From the NCBI GenBank assembly GCA_964106645.2, contig OZ067039.1: DNA of 64,000 nt; one strand, written 5' to 3'. The stretch is from Podarcis pityusensis (lineage: Eukaryota). Below are positions 1-13,518 of this stretch, piece by piece. Each line of letters opens with the position of its first letter. The stretch's first letter is position 1. The notes beneath the pieces were generated by a model. The model was given only the letters and a program-made list of their open reading frames with translations, was not told the DNA's origin and ran no database searches. Made by a program: the position numbers and the translations under genes.

Positions 1-380
1 CGTAGGCTCTGACTCGTTTCCCCCTTTGTCCATTATGCAACTGATCAAAATGGTGGGATAGTGTGTAGGGCTGGTCTCTTTTTCTATAAGAGGTGCAGTG
101 AACTTGGATTGTGATCTGCAACTTTTTAACCTACTCCTTATCGTCCCAAAGTTGGAGCCCCTGGGACAAAATGCCCGCTTTTGTTCATGTAAAGAGTGGC
201 ATTTATTTTTAGGCATTGCTTCTGTGGAGTGTTATGTGCCCAGATTTTTCGAAGTTGTTGTTTGTTCCTTTCTTGAGGAAATGACTTGGGGAACTTGTTT
301 AGCCTGAGCTGTTTGTGAATAAGAAAAAAGTCAACATTTCCACTGTCAGCGACTGCTTCACTCTTTCCCTTTATGTCTAG

Positions 381-798
381 GGTGGTCAAAAAGAAGTCCA
401 CCACCTCTGGCCACGCAGAAGCTGGAAGTGGTGAATATCCTCCTAAAGATCTGACAGCAAGGTCACCTTCCAGCGAAGAGCCAGCGGGTCTGCCTGTGCC
501 ACATACAGCTGCCTCCCCAGCAAGCTCAACCTGCAGCGATGAGGCTGTGTTTGCCAGCAATAGCACCGATAAGCAGGACAGGAGTGCAGAATCTCAGAGC
601 AGCTCAGTGACCTGCCATTCTCCTTCGATGCCTTCCCCATTTGTCCCTTTTGTAGGTGGTGGCCAACGTCTGAGTGGTGGCTCTTCTGTATTGGATGTGC
701 CATCGCCAAACCTATCAACAGCTCTATCCAGTCCTGGAGGGCCTTCCAAGCCAAAGAAGCTAAAAAACAGTCCAGAAAAGCTAAAGGAACAAAAAGAG
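381..798 (+). CDS. ASPSCR1: ASPSCR1 exon (Ser/Pro-rich linker, SHP-like FVPFVGGGQRL motif)
   Basis: Acceptor ttatgtctAG at 379-380, donor GTagta at 799; 418 nt, ends phase 0. Confidence 0.92.
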
Positions 799-3700
799 GT
801 AGTAGTCTGGCTTTCTTACAGTGTTCTGGGGAGGCGGGATTTTCTCTTTGCTTGTCCTCCTTTAGCACTGACTTTTGAAGAGATGGAGGAAGCTTGTTAG
901 AGTTCCACTCCCGTAATCCTACAGTAAACCTCTGGCCTACAACCTCTGATGTTGATGAACATCACATAGTTTGGGCAGAGTTTGATCTTCGGCCTGCTTG
1001 ACCTGATGTATTAAGAGTTAAAGTGGAAGAAGTTGGTGGGAAAGCGGGAATTTATAGCCCTTATCTGGTGCATTTGAAATCCAAGTTGTTAGGAACCAGT
1101 GAAGTTAGGTGAAAGTGACAGGGCTGAGTCAAAAGTGCAGCACAGATCTTAGGGATTTGCTGTGCAGACTGAAGGATTAAGCACAGAAACTGAACTGTAC
1201 ATTCACAACCAGTGGCAGAAGACTATGAAGCTAGTTGCACTCTTCTGCTGAAACTGGAATGGATCTTGATTTACTAAAGCTTCCTCTGGTGTTGTCTCCT
1301 GTTCTCTGAATGGATTCCATAGTTGAGAGGTTCTTTGACTTCCTTAACTCAGCAGGACTTCCGCTGCTTCACAGCTTTTCTAGCATCCGAATGCATCAGG
1401 AGGGGGAAGTAACCCTGAGATCTTATAGGGGTTGTCCTCCAGAAATGAGAGTCGAATTGTAGCGACTGCTATTATCCTCTGGTTTACTATAGTTTAATTG
1501 GACTTTGCTACATTTTTCTTCTGAGACCTTCCTGTTGTGGAATTCCTGAAGTTTTGGTCTCTTGTGACCCTTTGGACTGAGCTAGCCAAGAGAGATGAGT
1601 AAAGAAAATGATTAGGAACAGTAAGTGAAATAAAAGTGAAATTTTAGGGAAATTGAGCCAATCCTTCCCCCTGCCCCAGTCTAGGCATAACTTTCTGATG
1701 TGCTCAGGATATAATTTGCCCTCGGTCTTTTCCCCTGTGTAGCTTCTGATACAGAGAGCAAACGTTTCCCTGGCAAGGTGATGCACACCTATGAGCACTC
1801 ATAACTGTGTGGTCCTTTGTGACCTCTGGTTCTTGAGTGTGTCACTGAATGCTGCCCTGCCTTGCTGGCATCCGGGACTAGAAAAGGACCATGATTTAAT
1901 TCTTGAGGATGCAGCTGAAGGGTTGGCTGGTTTTGTTCAGTTCTGATACTTGGATTGAGGCCAGCCTTAACTCTTCTTTACAAGGTTTTGCCTGTAGCTA
2001 AGGAAACCTCCTGTTCAACAACCTAGACACCCTTAACAAACTCGTGTAACGGTACATTTTTAGAGGAAATTCTTAGTTCACAAAGCAACGTTCTGCAATC
2101 AGATGCTTGGTGTCCTTATATTCCCATAAGCAAAATAAGAACAACTTTGTAAGCGAGTAATATTTGAACAGATTCAACATTAATAGGGATGTGAAGCTAA
2201 TTTCTCCCCTAGACATCTCGAGTAACGATTACGTGTTAGGCAAACTTGCCATTAAAAATGCACGAAATGGATGGCTGCCAAAGACCTGAGGTCCTTATAT
2301 TCATGTGACAACAAATCTGTGGGTCACCATGCATACCAAGTAAATTGGTCTTGTGGATCAACATGCCAAAAAGGTTGGAAAGCAGGGCCGATGGAGCGGT
2401 GTCTCGGGAGCAGCTGCAGGTTCTGTTGGAGGCTTCCCTCCCTCATGCTAAACAGCGTGCGACTCTGACGGCTGCTTTCAGGCCCTTTGATCTCGGGTGC
2501 CTTTGCCGCTGATTGATTACGTTGCGCTCCCTCCTCCATTCCTTCCATTCCCTTGCCTTGCTCTCATCAGCAGCTCCAGAATGGGGCTGGCCGCATGGCA
2601 TCTGCTTTTTGTCCCTTTTCAGTCCAGAGGGGGAAGAAGAAAAAAACCCCAAAACAAAACAAATTATTTTTAAACATCAAAGGTCCATTTTAGCAAAAGA
2701 ATCTTCCCATTAATGTTGTGCCTGTGTGTGGTTTTTTGGATTTGATGGAAGAGGCTGGATAAAATCTGTGCCGGCGTCCCTCCACTTCTGGGCTGGGGAT
2801 GGTTTACAGACCAGCCATACTTTGATGTCAAAACATTAATTATTAGAAGGTAGCTTAGCTCCAAATTCCCCTAGAGATCAGAGACTTCTGCAGTGTGGGA
2901 GAGGAGCTGGTTTTGCCCCACCACCTTGCTTTAACGTCACAGCAATCCCTGCCACCCTTCTGACTGTGGACCGCAGTAATATGTAGGAGTGTAAAGGGTT
3001 GGTTTGAGTGACAAGGCCAAAGCACTGAGCTAATGGATGGCCTGTTATACTGTTGGCAAAGGATCTCTTGAGAGTTTTGGTTTGGAAATGCGTACTGAAG
3101 AGAGTGAACAAGGGTTAGTAGTTTCACATTTATTACTCCCTTAAGTGCTTTTTGCAGCGGTTTCCAGAATTGAAGAATCATCTCAGACAAAATGACCACT
3201 GAAGAACTCTTGTCATGCAACCTGCATGCGAGCATCATAGCTAGTTCTTGACATCCTTCTCTGAAGGCTATGATCAGACCATGGAGCCCCTCCAGGCATT
3301 GGCTGATGATGGTGTTGAGAGTTGAGGTGCTGCCCATCAGCCCCTCTGTTACAACTGTACACCCAAAGCTGAAAGCTGACGCGGTAAATTACATCATATT
3401 GAAGATCTACTGGAAGGGCTTGGTATTCAAAAAGTCCTGTTCCCTTTGTCTCCATTTTTGGCAGCCCTCCCTAGCCACACTGGAAGTTGCCAATGTCCTG
3501 GGTTTGTTTAATAGTCTGTAGAGAGGAATGTGTTGCATTGTTTCTGTCCTCAAGTCAATTACTTGTTTCTAGACAGAGCCCTTCTGGGATTTGCTTCAGT
3601 TATTGAGCAGTCAGTGCTGCTGAGAGAAGAGACAAATGTTGACAGTTCAGATTATGGAAGAATTTTATACCAAGCAAGTTGTATTGAGTTGGTGGGAAAG

Positions 3701-4396
3701 ACCTGAAGATCTTAAAGCAGACATAGAGAACCTCTGGCCTGCAGACCTAATCTGACCCACCAGCCCCCAGTGCTCTCCCTACACGCCTACCCCCCCCCCC
3801 AGTTGTTCTGTTCTGCCGAGAGCTGGCAAGGCCAAGAAAAGAGCAAAAATGTGTCTCCCAGGGAATCATCAGACTTTGTTTCATGCTGCCATGGGAGAAT
3901 GATATTGGAGTGATGGAGAAGTTAGTGTGCCAGGCTTAAAGAGTTCTTCCATCTTGAAGTAGAGCATAAAAGCACAGCTTTAAATGGGCATTAAAGGATG
4001 GAAGAAGAACTGTGGTAAGAGGGATGTGACACTTGTGAAATGTCCCATTATATTATCCCAAATGAACCTTGACTTTAAGCCTGCCTTTTTAACCTTGGGT
4101 ACCCAGATGTTGTTGGACTAAAACTCCCAACATTCCTAGCTAGCAGGACCAGTAGTTAGGGATGATAGGAGTTGTAGTCCGACAACTTATGGAGACCTAA
4201 GGTTGAGAGAGGCTGCTGTACCTTGTGTGATCTTGTAATCGGTGCAATAATTTGGTGCTCTCGGATTAAGCCAGGAATTTCTGCCAGTATGCTAGCTGGC
4301 TCTTGATTCTGGGCTCTCTTCTTCACATAGGGAATCTGTGGTGTGGGAGTTAATTTTTCCTCCAGACTTTGCTAGGAGTAGTAGCTGTCTTTGCGC

Positions 4397-4397
4397 C

Positions 4398-4429
<32 letters not shown>

Positions 4430-4431
4430 AC
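4397..4431. repeat. (CA)n microsatellite
   Basis: Seen directly. Confidence 0.95.
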
Positions 4432-6219
4432 CAGTTTTTGATTGGATCTTTCCAGTGTATAGGTTAGAGGTGTGGAAATAGGACCGTAGGTTTTAGATGG
4501 GGTGTCAAAGGACCCTTTTACATCACTCTATAGTAAATTGCTCCTAGCGGCTGTCCCAGACTGTCAGTACAAGGCGGTTGCTTATCCCATTCTGCTTCTT
4601 CTGCCAGTCCCTAAACAACCAGCGTAAGGCGACAGTAGTCTTTGAAAGAGGACAGATTGGCAGCTCACGGGTACTTCTTGTGCTTTCTGCCCAGAGAAAG
4701 CTACAATCAGGCTCCTTCACCCTCTAGTTAGACCCAACTCTCTTCAACTTTCTAAAAGTAGCTGAGGGTCCCACCCACGCAACCTCACTCTTTTAACTTC
4801 CCAAATTACCCTCTGGTGCCCACAAATAGAGAAAATCTTGCCTTGTAATTTGTGTTGTCTCTACTGACAATTGAGAGAGACTCCTTCTATTCCCAGAGGG
4901 CTTGTTCGGGGTGGGAGGGGGGGTGGTGATGCTGCAAAGAAGTGAGAATAAGATAGGACAGTAGATGGCCAGGGATGTGTGGGTGGGAAAGAGGGCACAG
5001 ACAGGGATGTGCTAGAGACATTAAGCGTGGGGGGTATGGGCGATTATAAATAGGAACGTCCCAAGTTCACAGAGTCTGGGGCCAGGCTAAGCAGATCATT
5101 GATGGTCAAGGATGCTGGTCTTCAAAGCAGCCTATTAACAATACAGACCAAGTGGTGCCATCATTTTTTAGCTCTGGATTTACAGAGTGTCAGCCAATAG
5201 CTCTGCAGTGCAGCACCTTCTCTTTTCTGTCAGAACTAGCAGGATTATTTGCCAACTGAATGGTATCTTATGCATGCATGGAGGGGAAACTGAAAAGGGA
5301 GACTATATCAGCAGTGGCAACAAAGCCTCTTCCCCTCCATCCTTCACAAAGTTGCCTGTTTAAATCTCTAATATGTAGGAATTCTGATGTAGATTGGTAC
5401 TTGCAGATGCAGGTTATTCCAGTGTGTGGGGTGCAGCTGATAACCAGCTCCCACAAGCCCCAGGTCTTTCTGCTTCCAGTTGAATATATAGCGTGGTATC
5501 AATGTCAAGCTCACTGTTCAGTAGTTGTATAGCCTTAATGCTTCTGCTCTATATAATCTGCTATAAACTACCAGTGCTGGGTTCAGTAAAATCTGTCTCT
5601 TGTTCATGCTTGTCACTTCTGCATAACTATTTCCGAGTTACTTCAGTCTCCCCAAAACTGATGGAGGCTTTCCATAGCAATCTTGACTGAATCAGTTCTC
5701 CATAGGCAACATACCTGATGTGGACACGGAGGAGTGGCAGCAGCTTTCAGGCTATATAAAGCATGCAGAGATTGCTACTTACCAGATTAATTCTGAAGCT
5801 CAGAAGAGCACATTTTGTATCATCTCTGATTTTCACAGTGGAGGATCACTTGCTTGTAAACCATCCCAATAAACAGCAGAACCTGCTTGATTGTGCAAAC
5901 CTGTTGCATGAAAAAGCTCAGTTGGAAGCCTTCTTTTCAGTGTGCAAGCTGTGCACATTTGAGGAGATTTTGGCATTGTGTTCAAGCAAGAATTCTGAGG
6001 TGGTGCACTTCCATGTGTTCTGTGCCTTGTGCCCTTATTAAAGCTTATATTATTATGTGTCAACTAAGAAAGTTTGCCCCATCCCATTTTCACATGTCGG
6101 TCCTATTGTCGTGCAGGTTTTTAAAACTGATTTCATTTAAATAATCATTTGGGGAAAATGAAATCAAATAACCTTTAATTTTTTTTAAATTACATAGATT
6201 CAGCTGTACTATTTATGAG

Positions 6220-6220
6220 T

Positions 6221-6267
<47 letters not shown>
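6220..6267. repeat. (TTTC)n microsatellite
   Basis: Seen directly. Confidence 0.95.
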
Positions 6268-6945
6268 ACAGTATGGCTCCTAGCAGCTTTAGTTCAAAGC
6301 ACAGCTGCTCTGCTGCCCTGGATAAAAATGCTTTAAAATGCTGCAGAAAGGCTTTTTGCCCACTGCTTCCTGTGTAATTGTGTAGGCACAAAGGGACCTT
6401 GTACAGTAAAAAAGATGGCTACCCCAACAGCACATGGAGGCTTCCATATTTTTTCCCATACAATGTCCCTTTGTTTGTTCCTTTGTGTGCAAACCACTTA
6501 CCGCAGCATTTTAAAAGCACCTTTACCCACTGCTGTACTTTGAAGCTGTTCTTAGCGGCTTCACAGTGGGAAGGAAGGAAGGAAAGCAGTCTTCAGACCA
6601 TCTTGTAAGTGGAATGAGTGAACTGTGTTTCAAAAAGGTTTGTACATCTACAGGTACAGGAGTACTTGTTTATGGGGTATGAACCAAGGGAGCTAACCTC
6701 ACATTGCAGAGCAGATAAAATCCTTCCCCATTTCTATTTTAAGACCAGGAAAGAGATTCACACGGGGAATGATTAAGCTGAAAGTTACTGTAATTCTGAA
6801 GCCTTTTTGTAGTTAAACAAATGCTTTTGGGCAGGATTTTCTGGACACCCCCAAAAGGCACAATTGTACATATGCAAATGTGCTCAGCTGATTCCATGCC
6901 TTCTTGGATCCAGTCATCTGAATCCAGTTCCTATATTCTTTACAG

Positions 6946-7085
6946 CATCTGGAGCGAGAGCCAATTTTGTGCCATCCAGATCTACAGAAGCCACTGGATT
7001 TTGGCTCACAGGAACTTCCAGATGAGTTCTTTGAGGTGACTGTAGATGATGTGAGGAAACGTTTGTCTCAGCTCCAGAATGAGAG
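6946..7085 (+). CDS. ASPSCR1: ASPSCR1 exon HLEREPILCHPDL...ELPDEFFEVTVDDVRKRLSQLQNE
   Basis: tttacAG acceptor, GTaagt donor; conserved TUG sequence. Confidence 0.96.
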
Positions 7086-9822
7086 GTAAGTTTCTTTTTC
7101 ATTGGTGATGCAGTCACTCCATCTGTAGTATGTTGTGGATGGCCACTGACAATAACGGAATTTTCACCATCTGTATTTTCTACATTTCACTTCCTTCTGA
7201 CCTTACAATTTATAGTTCTCTCCACCATATGTGTGTGAATATTCCTATAATTTAGGATTATACTTCAGGTATCTGGTGAAGTGGACTATAGCCCATAAAA
7301 GCTTATGGCATAATACATTTACTAATCTTTAAGTGGCCACAAGTGTCTTTCTTATTTTTCCTGCAATAGACTAACACAGCTAATTCTACCTATAGGCTGT
7401 TTCACAATCTTGCTGACACAAAGCATATCACAGTATGGGTCTGCATTGGCCTAATATCTGGGAGAATTACATGCTGTTATAATTTCACCCACGTTCTTTG
7501 AGATTTTGAATCTTTCTCATAGTTTCCCATATAATCAAGTACGTTCACCTGTCCCGGATGGTGTTTTAATATATTTCCCTAAGAGCTCAGGAAATTAGCA
7601 TAAAATCAGACACCACTCAGCATGATGCTTAGAAGAATTAAAGTACAGTATTCTGAATTTAGTGGGTGTACTTCCAAGTTAGTGTGAAGCTGTAATATGA
7701 TGAAGAAACTATTTCATTGAAATTGGATAGGGAAGGGTTTTTTTGTTTTTTTGCTCAAATTACAGGCATGGGAAATGTGTCTTCTAAGCGAAAGGGGGGA
7801 AACATTAATTTCTTTGTGAGTGTTGAGATCAGGTTGTAGTAGTTATTCCAGGCACACACCTCTGTTCTAAGGAGCTGACAAATACAGTTGCCTCCTGCAA
7901 GGCTGAAGGTTTATCTAGGCTGCTATTTTCCTAGTTGATGTTTCAGTTTCGTAAGCCTTATTGCTTTCCAGTACCTCCAGCCAGTGTGTCTAGGTCACAG
8001 AGTTGTTTAGAAATCTTGATACACTTTATGTCATCTACTAGATGCCTCTGTTATAAACACTGGAAAAAAGATAGACGACTGGACAGCAAAGCTCATGATT
8101 TCTTTGTTTATATATTGGCAATCCCATTTAGTTCCCTTTGATCACAATGCAAGTCATCAGGTGCTAAGCCAAAAAGTAAATCCATGTTGGAATTCTATTT
8201 CCTCACATTTTTACACTGTGGCAATATTTTCCAGTTTAAAACTGAAATTTTCATCTGCTGTGGCAACGAAAGGGGATTATACAAGACACAGGAACAAAAG
8301 AGATTACACCAATTGTGGATCAGGCAATATAAACAAGAGGAGGGATGAGCCCGGTGCCAACTTTATTTTTGTGTTCTTCCACAAACTTCTAGGGGGACCT
8401 AGATGGATTCTACATTTCCCCATCCCTTGACAGTTGCCTTGCCACTCCTGAATAATATTTGGGATAAACATGAGCATGTGTAGTTGTCACATTACTAATA
8501 TACTCCCCAGTACTGTTGCGCATTTATAACATAGGCTGTCATTAGATCTCACTGATACTGTACTTGGATTTTGGAAGGAAAAAACTCAATCTGAAGACAA
8601 GGAGGTAAACTTTACTGACCATTGCAAAGATAACAGATTACCCCATTTTAGAAATTGGAACAAAGCCTGCATGTGAATTGGCCTTTATACAGAGTGTGCA
8701 ACAACGTGGGGGTCACAAAGCAGACAAATGGTGTTAACACAAGTGAAGGTAGTCTGGATTGTGATACTTTTCAATACATGTTTTTCATGATTCCCCCCCC
8801 CCCCAAAAAAACCCTTTTAGATGGAAGGACTAATGCACAAATGGAAGGATTAGCTTGATCTTTCCGTAAGCTTCTGAATATTTGTATGGTTTCACTGGAG
8901 GTTTTTCTTTGAAGCTTTCAAAAGTTTTTTTTTTAAAAAATAGTTGAAGAAAGTGAAGGAGCAAAGTAATTTAAATGAAAAGTGCTGTGTCATCTCTTAA
9001 AGTAAACAATTAAACTGTGGAGCTGTGAAATCTGTGGAAGAACACCTCTGAGCTGTATCTGCAGTTTTGTTTTTAAACTTCTCTGATTACAGTATATCCT
9101 TTACCGCTCATCAGTCTTGGTGAATCAACATTTTGAATTAAATGTCAAATGAATCAAACTTCCCTCTTTAACTTCCAATCATTCCTTTGGTATTGTGGTA
9201 TGGCATTTGTTGCACCATAGGGAAGGCTGAATTGAGCTTTCTGTTTAAGGCTGAAGCCTCTTGAAGACTGTACAGTCTGTCCCTGCACCTCCCCATGATT
9301 TTAGAATAGTTGGAAATTGCACAGGGGGTACCTGTGTGAGGAGTATTCAAAATACGAGCACACATATTGCATAGTTTCAGTTTATATGCTTGTCACAACT
9401 TCTTTTCTACACCACAAGGGGGAAATGTGGCAAGGCTGTTACCAGCAGACTTTTTTCTAAGCTAAGTAAAAATTACAAAATGCATTATTTCAGACATTAA
9501 TCTTAAATTGTTATAAATGTATAGTGCTGGTGCAGACATTTGAACATAACCAAAAAAGTTCAGCCACTTTCAAATATGTTTGAGATTTGTTTGGTTAAAA
9601 TGATTTTGCTGCAGAGTTTCTCAGATCTGCCTCTTTTGCAATCATGTTTTGGGAGTGTGTAGTAGTGCTTTGTTTTAGACAAACATACACAGAGGTAGAG
9701 AGCAGGAAGAAGAATGTATGGAGCTTAAGCAGATAAGATAGTTACTAGATTGTGTGGAGCGGCAGCCCCTGGCTGTATAGATCTGTGACTATACTGGCTT
9801 GCTAAGCTTCCCCTCTTCCTAG

Positions 9823-9904
9823 GAAGCGTTTGGAAGAATCTCCCTTGATGACACGAGCACAGCGAGAAACTCAGCTGAAGGACAAGCTTGAGCGCTATCC
9901 AAAG
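9823..9904 (+). CDS. ASPSCR1: ASPSCR1 exon (R)KRLEESPLMTRAQRETQLKDKLERYPK
   Basis: ttcctAG / GTaatg; phase 2 to 0. Confidence 0.96.
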
Positions 9905-10649
9905 GTAATGTTTTGTTTTGGGTCTTTCACAAAGTGGGGAACAGAAAGTTAGTTAGTGGATGGTAAATTCTCAGGTACCGACTTCAGGTTGCTGGCATCA
10001 TTGAACCATCTTCTGTTACATTCTGGGACAACCAAATGAATGGCAGACAGGGCTAGCTGGTTATAGCGGTGCCCTTAGCAGGATTCTTATACCTGAAGGT
10101 TTGATGGGAATCCTGCCTGTTCTGCTCCCCTGGTTCTTTGCCCCATTTTTTCCTTTAATTTGAGATCAGTAGCTGTCTTGGAACAGTGGTGGAGCCCAGA
10201 ATGAAGCTATAATAGTACTTAGCATTTATATACTGCGTTAAGTGTGCTGAAAATTTGCTAAGGTGTCATAATTAGTATTTCCATATTTCAGAAGGTTGCC
10301 GGGGGGTGGGGGCTGAGTCTGAAAGAAAACGCCTTGCCTAAGGTCACCAAGTGAGTTAATATCAGAGGTAAGATCTGAACTGGGAGCATCCTGATTCATA
10401 ACTCAGTCTTAGCTAGCGTGCTACCCAGCTATTCATTGTTGTTCCTGACAACTTCTTGTTGGTGTGGGTTTCTAAAACAGCCCTTTCAAGTATCTTGAAA
10501 GCCCCATATATAGTGTCAACCAGTCACAGTTGCTCATTCATGAAAAGGCATCAGTTTCTCAGAATGAGCTAGTCTTGTCCAAAGGCAGAGCTGGTTTGAC
10601 CATGGTTTAGGTTTACTTGAGTAGGCTCCTGCTCTTTGTTTTCAACTAG

Positions 10650-10716
10650 GTGGTACTGAGAGTTTACTTCCCAGATCGTCACATTCTGCAGGGCTTCTTC
10701 CATCCCAGTGAAACAG
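10650..10716 (+). CDS. ASPSCR1: ASPSCR1 exon VVLRVYFPDRHILQGFFHPSET (UBX start)
   Basis: caactAG / GTaaga; UBX R..FPD motif. Confidence 0.96.
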
Positions 10717-12708
10717 GTAAGAGTGTATCTCCTTCCCAGCTTCTGCCTCACCCCCAAGTAAGGTGCAGTGAAATAGAGAAAAGTTCCTTGCTCCCAGGCT
10801 AAGGTTTGTGACTTGAGATAGTTACACTGCAGTCCCTCTAGTTGTTTTGTTTGGGCGGTGCTTGAAACTCAAGCACTGTGATCTGAATGAAGGAGGGCTG
10901 AGATTTGTGCTCTAAAGAGGACAAATCTTCCAGGCCACTTACCGCTGCATTAGTCATGCCCAGATGAGGCCATTGAACAACAGGGTGTTGGTCTAGTGTA
11001 GTTTCAACCAGAGCCCAAAAAAGGAGCTGGAAACACTGAAGAGAAGTTGAATCAACCACTCTTCTTAAATGTGCCAGGGGCCAAAAGCAAAACCAGGCTT
11101 CCTGCACCTCTAAATAGCAAAAGGCTAGAACTTCCTGCGGCATGGCAGGGCACACACCCAACTATGCTTTCTGTCTTGCATCTGTCTCCATCTACGGAAC
11201 TAGATGTCCGTTCCTCCTCATGATTTTCTGCTCCTCCTTTGGCCTTAGGCTTGTGAGAGGGAACTCTAAAGTGATAGTTCTTTTGCACAGGCCTGACTAA
11301 AGTAAGATCCAGAATCTTCTGCCTTTCTGGCGTGAGATGTGTGCGTCAGCCCCTGTATTCCTAGGATCCTGAGTCGGGGCAGGCAGAACATACCAGACAG
11401 GAGGTTACACAGTGCTGTACAGATAGCTGGCTGGTTTATCTGATGTAAACACTTAAACACTACCATTGTTGCCTGTACCTTTTGAGGGAAGTGATTTGAA
11501 TATTGAAGGAGTGGGGGGCAGAGAAGATAGATAGGACCGTGGGTAACTACTGTTTATGTTGCTCATTCTTTTGTGTCAGATGGCAATGGTGGTTGCTCGT
11601 GAGTAATCAGTCAGGACTCCAACCTGTCTTTTACAGGTTTTATTTTGGTGCAAAACTATTTACAGTGCAGAACCACAAGTTCATGTCTGCCTCAATCGCT
11701 AGCAGAATCCAGGAGTGGTCATTTCCGGGTCCTCCCCCAACATAATAGCTTAGTCACCCCCAGCCTTTTTCTTCCTTCTTTGCATTTTACACCTCTGCGC
11801 AGGGTGGGCGATAGAAGAAGCATGCTTCCCTCCTGGCTAGCTTGACCAGAAGCAGTGCTGAGGCTCTCAGCAGCATCCTCTGGTCCCTTCCCCTCTTCCC
11901 CACTGGAGGTGTGGCTTTCCCCACCACAGGAAGAGGAACTGCTTTGCAAGATTTTTGGAGGTTCCCTGTAACCCAACTGCCCCTCTGCTTCCATTCCCTG
12001 TTCTGATGGCAGTCCCCTGACATTTTGCTTTGTGTTGAATTTGGGTTTTTGCTCCATTTAGAAGCAGCCGTGTTCCTTGCTACGCCATCTATCTTTCAGT
12101 CTAGCATTGCCTGGAAAAATCGTTTGTGAGGGTCTCCAATAGCAAAACTGAACACCACTTCAGTTATTCCTTTCAGGGAAGCCAATCCTTGTGAATTGCT
12201 CATTGGGGGCAGAGGGGGTTTGTGCTGGCAGTTAATATAAGATGGAAGATTTGTAAGGAAAGTTTCTTTATTTATTCCTAGGCAGAAGAATTGGAACATA
12301 CTGTTGAGACTTTGCATTGGGGAAACCAAGCCAGATCTTGGTTAGGAGGATAATTCCCGCCCCCCCCCCCCCATCATTGAAGGATGCTGAAGTCTCAGCG
12401 TTGGGGTGTGCATAGTGTGGGGAGGAGACTTCCAACTATAGAGGCAGAATGTGCAGTGATGAAGCTTGAAAGCATAGACAGATGTTACGATGCGCTAACC
12501 TCTTCCTTTTGGTGAACCTAAAATAGGTGCTGACCGATCAAGACATCTCCTCTTGCTTTGTCCTCTCCATGTGTCTTTAAGGCAGTGACTACATTGGTTT
12601 TCTTTTCTAATTACTGCAGCAAAGGAGATGTGGTCAGTGCTGTAAAGAGAATGCTGCTCACAATATATCTTTTGATCCACACACTGATTTTTATGCTTTA
12701 TTTGACAG

Positions 12709-12771
12709 TTGGTGCTCTGAGGAACTTTGTGAAAAGCCAGCTTGCAGATCCAGAGATGTCGTTCTATCTAT
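12709..12771 (+). CDS. ASPSCR1: ASPSCR1 exon VGALRNFVKSQLADPEMSFYL (UBX)
   Basis: ttgacAG / GTaagt; 63 nt, phase 1-1. Confidence 0.95.
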
Positions 12772-12986
12772 GTAAGTTCAGATTTATGTTTTATAACTTT
12801 TTAATGTCAGTTTTCCAGGCCTACTGTCACCATCTAGGTCTTTTAATTTTAATTGCCGCAGCTAGTGAGCTATGACTGCACCTCTTTCTCTCTCCTCCTC
12901 CCTATTCCCCCTCATTCCCCAACCCTTTGCTAAATGAGCTTTTTCTTGTTCTCTTTTCCTAATGAGAACTTTGTGTTTTACTTTAG

Positions 12987-13039
12987 TTACTACACCTCCC
13001 AGATGCATCTTGAATGATGACAGTTTGACCCTCTTCCAG
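12987..13039 (+). CDS. ASPSCR1: ASPSCR1 exon FTTPPRCILNDDSLTLFQ (UBX)
   Basis: ctttAG / GTaatg; conserved PP loop. Confidence 0.95.
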
Positions 13040-13300
13040 GTAATGGCTGTATGCCTCTTCCTGTTTGGTTTGTTTTTCTTATCACAAAAATGCCCTCTAC
13101 TCTGGCTTTGCTTTTAAGAGCCTGAATAATTGCCTCCTGTGGGTCTCTGTTAAGCCAAAGGTAGGTGAAAATCTGCAGTTGGAGTCTAAAGTGCTTCCCT
13201 TTGCTTGTGCACCTGGCATGTTACGAGGGCTTCCCATTGTTGAGCATAAGTGCTTCTGGCAAGGCCATTTTTGCCATGAGTGAGGCAAATAAGCCCCACT

Positions 13301-13518
13301 GGGTGGAATTCAACTGAGTTGTTACATGCACAGAATGAGGTCAGCTTGCACAATGGGACTTCCCTCCCTTATATTCATATCCCCTAAATCTACTCTGAAG
13401 GATTGGGGGAACCCACAGAACAGGTTTGGGGGGGCATGGAGGGGAGGGGAAGTCTTGTTGCACAAATGGACTTCATTCCCCACACATACCCTACTTAGCA
13501 CTATGTTGAATTCCACCC
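13301..13518. mobile_element. MITE with 14-bp TIR and 3-bp TSD (PIF/Harbinger-like)
   Basis: GGGTGGAATTCAAC / GTTGAATTCCACCC, flanked by ACT/ACT. Confidence 0.75.

Noticed and set aside
1508-1798. YTGEK resembling a C2H2 zinc-finger linker
   Set aside because: No flanking Cys/His pattern; likely chance
2855-3521. Cluster of 77-160 aa ORFs, possibly a retroelement or nested gene
   Set aside because: No recognisable RT/endonuclease or other motif and no supportable splice structure; may be a decayed repeat but cannot be called without a database search
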